Part shown: piece after piece, positions 1 through 8,035 of the stretch
Numbering within the stretch: the stretch's first letter is position 1
Layout of the letters: each line of letters begins with the position of its first letter
DNA from: an uncultured Azoarcus sp.
GTDB taxonomy: Bacteria > Pseudomonadota > Gammaproteobacteria > Burkholderiales > Rhodocyclaceae
Length of the DNA stretch: 24,000 nucleotides
Assembly (NCBI GenBank): GCA_964404505.1
Contig: CAYOKH010000019.1
Coordinates: forward strand, 1-24,000
Direction: 5' to 3'
Translations under genes and position numbers: made by a program
The notes under the pieces: model-generated
The model's input: the letters and a program-made list of their open reading frames with translations, nothing else
What the model was told of the DNA's origin: nothing
Database searches by the model: none

Positions 1-601
1 CCCGGGCGTCGCCGTCACGGCCGTTCAACCACGACTCCGCCAGTTCGGGTCGGGGCCGGGCGAAAGTCCATTGCTGGCAGCGACTGCGAATGGTCGGAAG
101 CAGGCGCCTGGGCATCGCCGACACCAGGAGGAAGATGCACCCTCGCGGGGGTTCCTCGAGCAGCTTGAGGAGGGCGTTGGCAGTGTACACGTTCATCGCG
201 TCGGCCGGGGTCACCATGATGACCCGACGGCTGCTTTGATGCCCCGTGACACTGAGCGACTGCTGCAGTTCGCGCACCTGCTCGATGACGATCTGGGCCG
301 ACCTTGCCTTGCTAGCAGCGTCGGTGACGGCGGCGTCGATACCATCCTCGGCCACATCTGCTGCAGGCATCACGAGAAACAGATCGGGGTGATTGCCCGA
401 GACACGCAGCTGACAGGGCTGACAACGGCCACACGCATGCCCCGCGTCATCAGGGGCATTGCACAGGAGGCGTGCTGCCACTGCGTCGGCGAAGTCCCGC
501 TTGCCGAGCCCCGCAGGGCCGACGAACAGCAGGGCGTGCGGCAGCCTGCCCTCGAGGGCGACGATACGTCTCCATGCGCCCTCCAGCCAGGGATGGATCA
601 T
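1..601 (-). CDS. holB: DNA polymerase III subunit delta' (partial; C-terminal part lies beyond the window edge)
   Basis: Absent from the ORF track because it is open at the window edge. My own minus-strand translation from the ATG at 601-599 gives [65 protein letters not shown]...[11 protein letters not shown]...[11 protein letters not shown]. It carries the P-loop-like GPxGxGK, the CxxCxxC zinc module, and the LEEPP and SRC motifs of clamp-loader delta'. Its ATG overlaps the tmk stop (ATGA at 598-601). The mltG-tmk-holB order is canonical. Confidence 0.85.
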   Translation of the reverse strand, partial: MIHPWLEGAWRRIVALEGRLPHALLFVGPAGLGKRDFADAVAARLLCNAPDDAGHACGRCQPCQLRVSGNHPDLFLVMPAADVAEDGIDAAVTDAASKARSAQIVIEQVRELQQSLSVTGHQSSRRVIMVTPADAMNVYTANALLKLLEEPPRGCIFLLVSAMPRRLLPTIRSRCQQWTFARPRPELAESWLNGRDGDAR

Positions 602-1230
602 GCGAACCAGCGCTCCCTCACGATCGTCTCGATTTCCTTGCGAATGACATTCTCGGGACGGTCGGCTGCGACGACCCGGATGCGCTCCGGGGCCATGCGC
701 GCACGCTCGAGATAGGCCGTGCGCACCCGCTCGAAAAAACCCCGACGCTCGCGCTCGAATCGGTCCGGGGCGTTGCCCGTGCATGCCAGCCGCGCGGCCG
801 CGACCTCCGGAGCGAGATCGAAGATGAGCGTCAGATCGGGCTGAAAGCCCGGATGGACCCAGGTTTCCAGCACCTCGAATCTGGACGCATCGAGGCCGCG
901 GCCGCCAACCTGATAAGCGTAGGTGGCGTCCGAGAACCGGTCCGACACCACCCACCGGCCCGACTCCAGGGCCGGCATGATTCTCGCGCAAAGGTGCTCG
1001 CGGCGTGCCGCGAACATGAGCATGGCCTCGGTTTCGGGGTGCATGGTCTCATGCAGAAGAATCTCGCGCAGACGCTCGCCGAGGACCGTGCCTCCCGGCT
1101 CCCGCGTCTGATCGACATCGACGCCCAACTCGCGCAGCAATGCCACGAGAGCGGAAATCTGACTGCTTTTCCCCGCGCCGTCTATACCCTCGAAAGTGAT
1201 GAAACGACCCCGTTGCGCAATCCGGCTCAA
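598..1230 (-). CDS. tmk: thymidylate (dTMP) kinase
   Basis: 210-aa ORF with the P-loop [14 protein letters not shown] and a Tmk-like body (TREPGGT, DRF). The start codon is TTG (1230-1228) and overlaps the mltG stop as TTGA. Its stop overlaps the holB ATG. Confidence 0.93.
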   Translation of the reverse strand: MSRIAQRGRFITFEGIDGAGKSSQISALVALLRELGVDVDQTREPGGTVLGERLREILLHETMHPETEAMLMFAARREHLCARIMPALESGRWVVSDRFSDATYAYQVGGRGLDASRFEVLETWVHPGFQPDLTLIFDLAPEVAAARLACTGNAPDRFERERRGFFERVRTAYLERARMAPERIRVVAADRPENVIRKEIETIVRERWFA

Positions 1231-2228
1231 CTGCCCCTCCCCCTCTGATAGCGATTGACGGCCCGGTTGTGCTCCCCGAGACTGCGCGAGAAATGGCTGG
1301 TGCCGTCACCCCGCGCCACGAAATAGTAAAACTCGGATTCCGGTGGCCGGACCGCGGCGACGAGGGCGTCCCATCCGGGCATTGCGATCGGCGTCGGCGG
1401 CAACCCGGCCCGCGTATAAGTGTTGTACTCGTGATCGGTCTGTAGGTGATGTCGGCGCAGCCGCCCTTCTAATTCCTCACCGAAACCGTACATCACGGTC
1501 GGATCCGTCTGCAGCCGCATTCCGGTGCGCAGGCGGTTGACGAAGACCGACGCGACGAGTCCGCGCTCATCCAATTGACCGGTTTCCTTCTCGATGATGG
1601 ACGCCAGGATCAGCGCCTCGTATGGCGAGGCCAGGGGCACGTCGGGGTTGCGCATCTCCCAGGCACGCTCGAGCCGCGCCTGCATCGCCTGATAGGCCGC
1701 CTTGAGAACAGCCAATCCGCTCGTATGCCGATCGAACAGGTAGGTGTCGGGATAGAACAATCCCTCGGGATGGGATTCGCCAGCGCCGATACCATCCAGG
1801 ATCGCAACGTCGGACAGACCGACGGTGTCCTTCTGCAGGTACGGATGGGCCTCGATCGCCGCACGGACCTGACGGAAGGTCCAGCCTTCCACGAGCAGCA
1901 GTTCCGCGACAGTCACATCTCCGTCGTGGAGTTTCGCGATCACGTCGCGGGCCGTCACGCCCTCACGTATCTCGTAGCTTCCCGCAACGATGCGTTCGGC
2001 CTTGCCGTCGAGGCGGGCGATCCAGTAAAGCGCCTCGGGGTGAACATCGACACCCGCGGCCGCGATGGTCCGTGCAGCCTGACGCATTGTGTGGCCCCGC
2101 TGCACGGAGAATTCGATCACGGGTTGGGTCATTGGCAAGGGCCGGTTCGCATACCACCAGGAACTCCCGACGAGTGCCGCGGCGACGATGACGAGGAACA
2201 ACAGGATTCCGAAAAGCAGCGACTTCAT
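1227..2228 (-). CDS. mltG: endolytic peptidoglycan transglycosylase MltG (YceG-like)
   Basis: ORF 1227..2336 trimmed to the ATG at 2228. This gives [20 protein letters not shown], a single N-terminal TM helix. It has a YceG-like body including [10 protein letters not shown]...VFVNRL...LQTDPTV. The upstream in-frame extension starts at a GTG and looks non-coding. Confidence 0.88.
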   Translation of the reverse strand: MKSLLFGILLFLVIVAAALVGSSWWYANRPLPMTQPVIEFSVQRGHTMRQAARTIAAAGVDVHPEALYWIARLDGKAERIVAGSYEIREGVTARDVIAKLHDGDVTVAELLLVEGWTFRQVRAAIEAHPYLQKDTVGLSDVAILDGIGAGESHPEGLFYPDTYLFDRHTSGLAVLKAAYQAMQARLERAWEMRNPDVPLASPYEALILASIIEKETGQLDERGLVASVFVNRLRTGMRLQTDPTVMYGFGEELEGRLRRHHLQTDHEYNTYTRAGLPPTPIAMPGWDALVAAVRPPESEFYYFVARGDGTSHFSRSLGEHNRAVNRYQRGRGS

Positions 2229-2328
2229 CGAAAACGTGGCGACAAATTGCACAATGGCGTATGAGCGGGTCGGATGTGGAAGACAGTGGCGGTCGCAGGG
2301 CCGGAGAAGGACCCCGACGATCACGTGG

Positions 2329-2358
2329 AGGACCACAGAGCCCGCACAGTCCTATAAT
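2329..2358 (+). promoter_or_regulatory. candidate sigma-70 promoter for ygfZ: perfect -10 TATAAT at 2353-2358, weak -35 (AGGACC, 18-nt spacer)
   Basis: A consensus TATAAT hexamer in otherwise GC-rich DNA lies 32 nt upstream of the ygfZ ATG (2390). The -35 is poor. Confidence 0.3.
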
Positions 2359-2389
2359 ACTTCATCGCATTTCCGGACCCGAGCAAAAC

Positions 2390-3415
2390 ATGACCTCTCC
2401 CTGGACCGAGTTCCTTGCCCGCGAGGGCGCCATCCTCGACAACGGTTCGATCCGCTTCGCGGAAGCCGCAGACATGCAGGCCCGCAACGCGACGATTGCC
2501 GTGCCGCTGCTCCATCTCGGGCTGATCCGCTGCGCAGGCGCCGACTCCGCAACGTTTCTGCACAACCTTTTCTCGAACGACGTCAAGAAACTCGCCGCGG
2601 ACGCCGTGCAGTGGAACAGTTTCAATACGCCCAAGGGGCGCATGCTCGCGAGCATGCTCATCTGGCCGGAACCCGGAGCTCACGTGCTGGCCCTGTCAGC
2701 CGACATCCAGCCGGCGATCCTGAAGAAGCTTTCGATGTACGTGCTGCGCAGCAAGGTCGCCCTCACCGACGCCGGGTCCGACACCGCGCTTGTGGGAGCG
2801 AGCGGACCACAGGCCGAAGCGATCCTGACTGGAGCGGGCGTACCGGTGCCGGCTGAGCCCATGCACCAGAAGCTCTCCGGGGCGATCCACTGCCTTCGCC
2901 TCAACGATGGCAGCTTTGTCGTATCCGCGCCCGTGGCGGAGGCACCGCGGATCTATGCGCAACTGATCGACGGGGGCGCAGCCAGGGCCGGCACGGCCGA
3001 CTGGCAACTTGCCATGATTCGCGCCGGACTGCCGCTCATCACGGCATCGACCCAGGAGGAGTTCGTCGCACAGATGCTGAACTACGAGATCATCGGCGGC
3101 GTCAACTTCAGCAAGGGCTGCTACCCGGGACAGGAGATCGTCGCCCGCACCCAGTACCTGGGCAAGCTCAAGAAACGCATGTACCGGGTGCACGTAACGA
3201 CCGACCGGCCGCCGCTTCCGGGTGTCGACATCTTCACCCGCGAATTCGGCGATCAGTCTGCCGGCAAACTGGTCAATGTCGCCCCGTCGCCGAACGGCGG
3301 CTACGAGGCTCTCGCGGTAATGCAGATGACATGCGCCGAAGCGAATGACGCGCGCCTCGGCAGCCCGACCGGCCCGCAACTCGAATTTCTCGACCTGCCT
3401 TACGCCCTGTCCTGA
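2390..3415 (+). CDS. ygfZ: folate-binding Fe-S cluster repair / tRNA-modification protein YgfZ (aminomethyltransferase-like)
   Basis: ORF 2261..3415 trimmed to the ATG at 2390 (MTSPWTEFLAREGA...). It has the signature KGCYPGQEIVARTQYLGKLKKRMY and a GcvT-like fold pattern. Confidence 0.85.
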   Translation: MTSPWTEFLAREGAILDNGSIRFAEAADMQARNATIAVPLLHLGLIRCAGADSATFLHNLFSNDVKKLAADAVQWNSFNTPKGRMLASMLIWPEPGAHVLALSADIQPAILKKLSMYVLRSKVALTDAGSDTALVGASGPQAEAILTGAGVPVPAEPMHQKLSGAIHCLRLNDGSFVVSAPVAEAPRIYAQLIDGGAARAGTADWQLAMIRAGLPLITASTQEEFVAQMLNYEIIGGVNFSKGCYPGQEIVARTQYLGKLKKRMYRVHVTTDRPPLPGVDIFTREFGDQSAGKLVNVAPSPNGGYEALAVMQMTCAEANDARLGSPTGPQLEFLDLPYALS

Positions 3416-3417
3416 CG

Positions 3418-3729
3418 ATGCTCTCCGACGATACCAACCGCACGCTGTCCTATTACGTGTATTACCGTATTCGCGCGAATGCGGATCACGGCGATGCGCG
3501 ACAGCGTGTCCGGGCAATGCAGCAAAGACTGGCCGACACGCTGGGGCTGACCTGCCGGCTGTTGCAACGCCGGGACGACGAGCACACCTGGATGGAAGTC
3601 TACGAAACCGTGACCGATGCGACCGGATTCGAAATCGCGTTGAAACACGAGGTGGAAGCGGCAAGAATCCAGGATCTGATCGAACCCGGCTCGGCTCGCC
3701 ATATCGAACGTTTCGCCGAATGTGCCTGA
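3418..3729 (+). CDS. DUF4936 family protein (function unknown)
   Basis: 103-aa ORF starting 2 nt after the ygfZ stop. YYVYYRIRA...HTWMEVYE matches my recollection of betaproteobacterial DUF4936 proteins. GC3-rich codon usage is consistent with coding. Confidence 0.75.
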   Translation: MLSDDTNRTLSYYVYYRIRANADHGDARQRVRAMQQRLADTLGLTCRLLQRRDDEHTWMEVYETVTDATGFEIALKHEVEAARIQDLIEPGSARHIERFAECA

Positions 3730-4496
3730 TCGTCGTCGCCTGGCATGCCCACCCGGACTTTCCGCTGGTCGTCGCAGCCAACAGGGATGAGTTCCTCGCC
3801 CGTCCGGCAAGCCCGGCGCACTGGTGGACGGACGCACCAGCGATCCTGGCCGGCCGCGACCTGGAGGCGGGCGGGACCTGGATGGGCATCACGCGCGACG
3901 GCCGCTTTGCCGCGCTGACCAACTATCGCGACCCGACCGTGCGTCGTCCGGGCGCGCCGTCACGCGGGGCACTTGTCCGCGACTGCCTCTCCGTTCCGGA
4001 CCACGTCATTGCGACACTCGAGCGGGTCGCACGGGTCAGTGCAGGGTACGCGGGCTTCAATCTCCTTGTGAGCGACGGCGCCGACCTGGGTATCCACGAA
4101 AGCACAACCGGCGCCGTGCGACTCCTCGACGCCGGAATCTACGGTCTGTCGAACCACCTCCTCGACACGCCGTGGCCAAAAGTGCGCCTCGCACGGCAGC
4201 GCTTCGAAGCCGCCTTGCACCAGTTACCGTCCGAGCAGGGTCTTCTGGAACTGCTGCGTGACGACACTCCTGCTCCGGATGCCCATCTTCCGCGCACCGG
4301 CGTCAGCCCGGAGTGGGAACGCTGGCTGTCTCCGGCGTTCATTCGCGCACCGGGATACGGCACCCGCTGTTCTACAGTCCTGGTGGTGGGGAGCGATGCG
4401 AGCGTGCGTCTGCGCGAGTGGACCTGGCACGAGGATGGCAGTGTGGAGTGCGAGGTGGTGCACCGCTTTGCGTTGCCCGGGCATCGGCACGGCTGA
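3720..4496 (+). CDS. NRDE family protein (TANGO2 / DUF833 homologue)
   Basis: ORF 3345..4496 trimmed to the ATG at 3720, giving MCLIVVAWHAHPDFPLVVAANRDEF... with Cys2 and the eponymous NRDE motif, then GGTWMG and TNYRD. The ATG lies inside the end of the DUF4936 gene (10-nt overlap, ATGTGCCTGA). Confidence 0.85.
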   Translation: MCLIVVAWHAHPDFPLVVAANRDEFLARPASPAHWWTDAPAILAGRDLEAGGTWMGITRDGRFAALTNYRDPTVRRPGAPSRGALVRDCLSVPDHVIATLERVARVSAGYAGFNLLVSDGADLGIHESTTGAVRLLDAGIYGLSNHLLDTPWPKVRLARQRFEAALHQLPSEQGLLELLRDDTPAPDAHLPRTGVSPEWERWLSPAFIRAPGYGTRCSTVLVVGSDASVRLREWTWHEDGSVECEVVHRFALPGHRHG

Positions 4497-4574
4497 CACA
4501 CGGGCGGATGCGGCACCAGGTGAGCGCACTGATTTTGCAGGCCCTCGTCACGTGAACGAGCCACGGGCCGACGC

Positions 4575-5009
4575 CTAAGACAGGCGCCGGCGCATCAGGC
4601 GATGTGCAATTCCGGCCTCCATGAACACCTCCCCTTCGCCCGCGAATCCATGGCGTCCATAAAAACGCTGCGCGTGGACCTGGGCATTGAGCACGACCTC
4701 TGCCATCCCGGCTGACTGAGCCTCGCGCAACAGGGCATCGAGGATCCGGCCGCCAATGCCGCGGTTGCGTGCATTCGCGGCAACGGCCATGCGACCGATG
4801 TGGCCGTCGGGAACGAGCCGGCCCGTGCCCACGATCGAACCATCGCGCGTTTCGGCCACCGCGTGGCGACACACCGGATCGAGCGCATCCTGCTCCAGTT
4901 CGGGGGCAACGCCCTGTTCCAGGACGAACACCGCCTCGCGCAAGGGCATGACCCGCGAAGCGGCCGCATCCCAGTCGAGGATGCTGATCCTGATGGAGTC
5001 GTCGTTCAC
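4575..5009 (-). CDS. GNAT family N-acetyltransferase
   Basis: Acetyl-CoA-binding core GRMAVAANARNRGIGGRIL...AQVHAQRFYGRHGF. The track ORF starts at the GTG at 5039, inside the upstream gene. I prefer the GTG at 5009, which is preceded by GAGGAG with a 7-nt spacer and lies 4 nt after the upstream stop. The start is uncertain (5009 or 5039). Confidence 0.8.
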   Translation of the reverse strand: MNDDSIRISILDWDAAASRVMPLREAVFVLEQGVAPELEQDALDPVCRHAVAETRDGSIVGTGRLVPDGHIGRMAVAANARNRGIGGRILDALLREAQSAGMAEVVLNAQVHAQRFYGRHGFAGEGEVFMEAGIAHRLMRRRLS

Positions 5010-5013
5010 CGTT

Positions 5014-5493
5014 TCACTCCTCGATGTCAACACGGACACCCACCGGCACCATGTCGAACAACGCGATCACATCGGCGTTGCGCATCCTCACGCAGCCATG
5101 CGAGCGTGGTTCGCCCATCGGCTGATCGTCAGGGGTACCGTGAATGTAGATATGGCGACGCATCGAGTCCACCTCGCCGAGGCGGTTGCGTCCCGGCTCA
5201 CACCCACTCAGCCACAGGATGCGCGACAGGATCCAGTCGCGTTGCGGGTTTGCCCGCGCAAGCTCGGGGGTCCAGGTCTCTCCGGTCGGTCGGCGGCCCC
5301 GGAACACGGCACCTGCAGGTGCACCGGCGCCGATCTTCGCGCGAACGCGATGGGCGCCGCGCGGGGTGCAGGCGCTGCCCTCCCGCTCGCCCCCGCCATT
5401 GAGCGCGGTTGACACCGGGAAACGCCTCAGCTGCACGCCGCCATCGTCGCACACGACGAGTTCCTGCTTTCCGAGGTTGATCCGGATTCGCAT
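5014..5493 (-). CDS. L,D-transpeptidase-fold (YkuD domain) protein, no signal peptide
   Basis: 159 aa. The catalytic motif is intact: IHGTPDDQPMGEPRSHGCVRMRNADV. The YkuD domain starts at residue 1 (MRIRINLGKQELVVCDDGG). The ATG at 5493 lies 3 nt after the tadA stop. Confidence 0.85.
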   Translation of the reverse strand: MRIRINLGKQELVVCDDGGVQLRRFPVSTALNGGGEREGSACTPRGAHRVRAKIGAGAPAGAVFRGRRPTGETWTPELARANPQRDWILSRILWLSGCEPGRNRLGEVDSMRRHIYIHGTPDDQPMGEPRSHGCVRMRNADVIALFDMVPVGVRVDIEE

Positions 5494-5496
5494 GCC

Positions 5497-5979
<483 letters not shown>

Positions 5980-6169
5980 TCACGCAGTTTACCCGACCCG
6001 CGCGTAACGGGGACAAGCGCTGAAACGGCGACATGCTCCGCCCGGCACGATCGTGGCATGCAATGCCGGATCACCGGTTTCGCCGCGAGGCAATCCGATG
6101 GCACAATGGGCAAGGATCAACTTTCGGCGTCCCGGGTGCCGGTGCATCGGACGCGACAAGGAGCTTGGC

Positions 6170-6457
6170 ATGGCAAATGAAGGCTACCACGAACCCATTG
6201 CGGAACTGAGCGATGAAACCCGTGACATGCACCGCGCGATCGTTTCGTTGATGGAGGAACTCGAGGCGGTCGACTGGTACAACCAGCGCGTGAACGCATG
6301 CAAGGATCCGGACCTGCGGGCCGTCCTCAAGCACAACCGCGACGAGGAGAAGGAGCATGCCGCGATGGTGCTGGAATGGATTCGCCGCCGCGATCCGGCT
6401 TTCGACAAGCAGTTGCGCGACTATCTGTTCACCACCAAGTCGATCGATCACGAGTGA
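6170..6457 (+). CDS. EncFtn-type ferritin-like protein (encapsulated-ferritin homologue lacking a targeting peptide)
   Basis: ORF 6053..6457 trimmed to the ATG at 6170, which is preceded by AAGGAG with a 6-nt spacer. The 95-aa product MANEGYHEPIAELSDETRDMHRAIVSLMEELEAVDWYNQRV...HNRDEEKEHAAMVLEWIRRRD matches the two-helix EncFtn pattern as I remember it from the Rhodospirillum rubrum protein. Confidence 0.8.
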   Translation: MANEGYHEPIAELSDETRDMHRAIVSLMEELEAVDWYNQRVNACKDPDLRAVLKHNRDEEKEHAAMVLEWIRRRDPAFDKQLRDYLFTTKSIDHE

Positions 6458-6465
6458 CACGGCTC

Positions 6466-6489
6466 GGCCACGAACGATTGTTCGGGGCC
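6466..6489 (+). terminator. stem-loop just after the EncFtn-like gene (GGCCACGAAC-GATT-GTTCGGGGCC, one A/G mismatch); no U-tract
   Basis: Inverted repeat read directly from the sequence, 9 nt after the stop codon. It could be a weak terminator or an RNA-stabilising hairpin. Confidence 0.25.
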
Positions 6490-6539
6490 GCGATCGCACT
6501 CGATGGTGAATTCATTTCCGGGTACGCACGGGACGGACG

Positions 6540-7955
6540 ATGAGCGAAAGTGTGGATGTGGCAATAATCGGTGCAGGTTCGGCCGGCCTGGCTGCCCTGC
6601 GTGAAGTGCGCAAGCACACGGACCGCTTTGTCCTGATCAACGCCGGCGAATGGGGAACCACCTGCGCGCGCGTCGGCTGCATGCCGTCCAAGGTGCTCAT
6701 CGAGGCTGCTAATGCATTCTATCGGCGGCACGATTTCGAGCGTTTCGGGATCCGTGGCTCGGCTTCGCTTTCCGCGGACATTCCGGCCGTGCTCGAGCGC
6801 GTGCGCGCGCTGCGGGACGAATTCGTTGCGGGCACCCTCAAGGCCACCAACGAGCTCGGAGAGCGGCGCATCGCCGGGCGGGCACGGCTGCGCGGCCCGG
6901 ACTGCGTGGAGGTTGGTGGGCGCAGAATAAAGGCGCGCAGCATCATCATCGCCACCGGTGCGCGTCCACTCGTTCCCGCGGCGTGGCGAGAGTACGGAAA
7001 TCGCGTACTGACGACCGACACGCTGTTCGAACAGCGGGATCTGCCGCAGCGAATTGCGGTGATCGGCATGGGGGCGATCGGACTGGAGATGGCCCAGGCC
7101 TTGTCCCGGCTCGGTGTGGATGTCATCGCCTTCGGTTCCGACAGAAGCCTGGGTGGACTGACCGACCCCGCCGTCAATGCGGCGCTCAAGGCACTGCTTC
7201 GCGAGGAGTTCGCCATCCACCTCGGGTCATCTGCGGAACTTGTCCGCGATGGCGACGGGCTGCGAGTGCACAACGGCAAGGTGAGCGTCGTCGTCGATGG
7301 CATCATGGCCGCGATGGGACGTCGTCCCAACATCGACGACATCGGCCTGGATACGCTCGGCGTGGCTCTGGACCAGCGCGGCATGCCGCCGGTCGATCCG
7401 CAGACCGCGCGAATCGGCGACCTGCCGGTCTTCTTCGCCGGCGACGCTAACGGATTTGCGCCTGTGCTGCATGAAGCTGCCGACGAAGGCCACATCGCCG
7501 GACTGAACGCCGTTGCCGACGTCTCCCGCTGCTTCGCGCGCCGCACACCACTCGCGATCGTGTTTTCGGCGCCGAACGTCGCAGTCGTCGGCAAGCGCCA
7601 CGCCGAGCTCGACGAGTCGAAAACGATCGTCGGCGCCGTCAGTTTCGAGCGCCAGGGCCGTGCCCGCGCCGCGCTGCGCAATCATGGCGTGATGCGCATC
7701 TATGCCGGTCGCCACGATGGCGCCCTGCTCGGCGCGGAAATGTGCGCGCCGGCGGGCGAACACATGGCGCATCTGCTTGCATTTGCGATCGAGCGTTCGT
7801 TAACGGTTCACGACCTGTTGCGCATGCCTTTCTACCATCCCGTGCTCGAAGAGGGAATGCGCAGCGCCCTGCGCGAGCTCGCATCGCAGCTGCCGCATCG
7901 CAGTGATTCCGACCTCGCTTCGTGCCCGCCATTCGGTTTCGAGGCTCTGGACTGA
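6540..7955 (+). CDS. class-I pyridine nucleotide-disulfide oxidoreductase, dihydrolipoyl-dehydrogenase-like (orphan)
   Basis: 471 aa. It has the FAD motif VAIIGAGSAG, the redox-active disulfide motif GTTCARVGCMPSK, the NAD motif VIGMGAIGLE, and the C-terminal dimerisation-domain His-Glu motif YHPVLEE. No E1/E2 genes are nearby. Confidence 0.85.
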   Translation: MSESVDVAIIGAGSAGLAALREVRKHTDRFVLINAGEWGTTCARVGCMPSKVLIEAANAFYRRHDFERFGIRGSASLSADIPAVLERVRALRDEFVAGTLKATNELGERRIAGRARLRGPDCVEVGGRRIKARSIIIATGARPLVPAAWREYGNRVLTTDTLFEQRDLPQRIAVIGMGAIGLEMAQALSRLGVDVIAFGSDRSLGGLTDPAVNAALKALLREEFAIHLGSSAELVRDGDGLRVHNGKVSVVVDGIMAAMGRRPNIDDIGLDTLGVALDQRGMPPVDPQTARIGDLPVFFAGDANGFAPVLHEAADEGHIAGLNAVADVSRCFARRTPLAIVFSAPNVAVVGKRHAELDESKTIVGAVSFERQGRARAALRNHGVMRIYAGRHDGALLGAEMCAPAGEHMAHLLAFAIERSLTVHDLLRMPFYHPVLEEGMRSALRELASQLPHRSDSDLASCPPFGFEALD

Positions 7956-8035
7956 ACTTTCCGGTCGTCACCCCGGCACGAACGTGCAACATCTTCTGCG
8001 AACTCCCCCCTGTGCATTCCGGAGCGCCTGATCCC

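Noticed and set aside
1222-1230. Identical 9-mer CCGGCTCAA at two gene junctions (tmk start 1222-1230, and moeA stop / moaD TTG at 22701-22709)
   Set aside because: Both simply encode TTGAGCCGG, a stop/start overlap. A shared 9-mer is expected many times by chance in 24 kb, so this is not evidence of a repeat element.
71-1248. + strand ORFs of 214 and 258 aa at the left edge
   Set aside because: They are antisense to holB (my own translation shows delta' motifs) and tmk.
2696-3922. 408-aa minus-strand ORF spanning ygfZ, DUF4936 and the NRDE start
   Set aside because: It is antisense to three well-supported + strand genes. The product is Arg/Pro/Ala/Ser-rich with no family resemblance.
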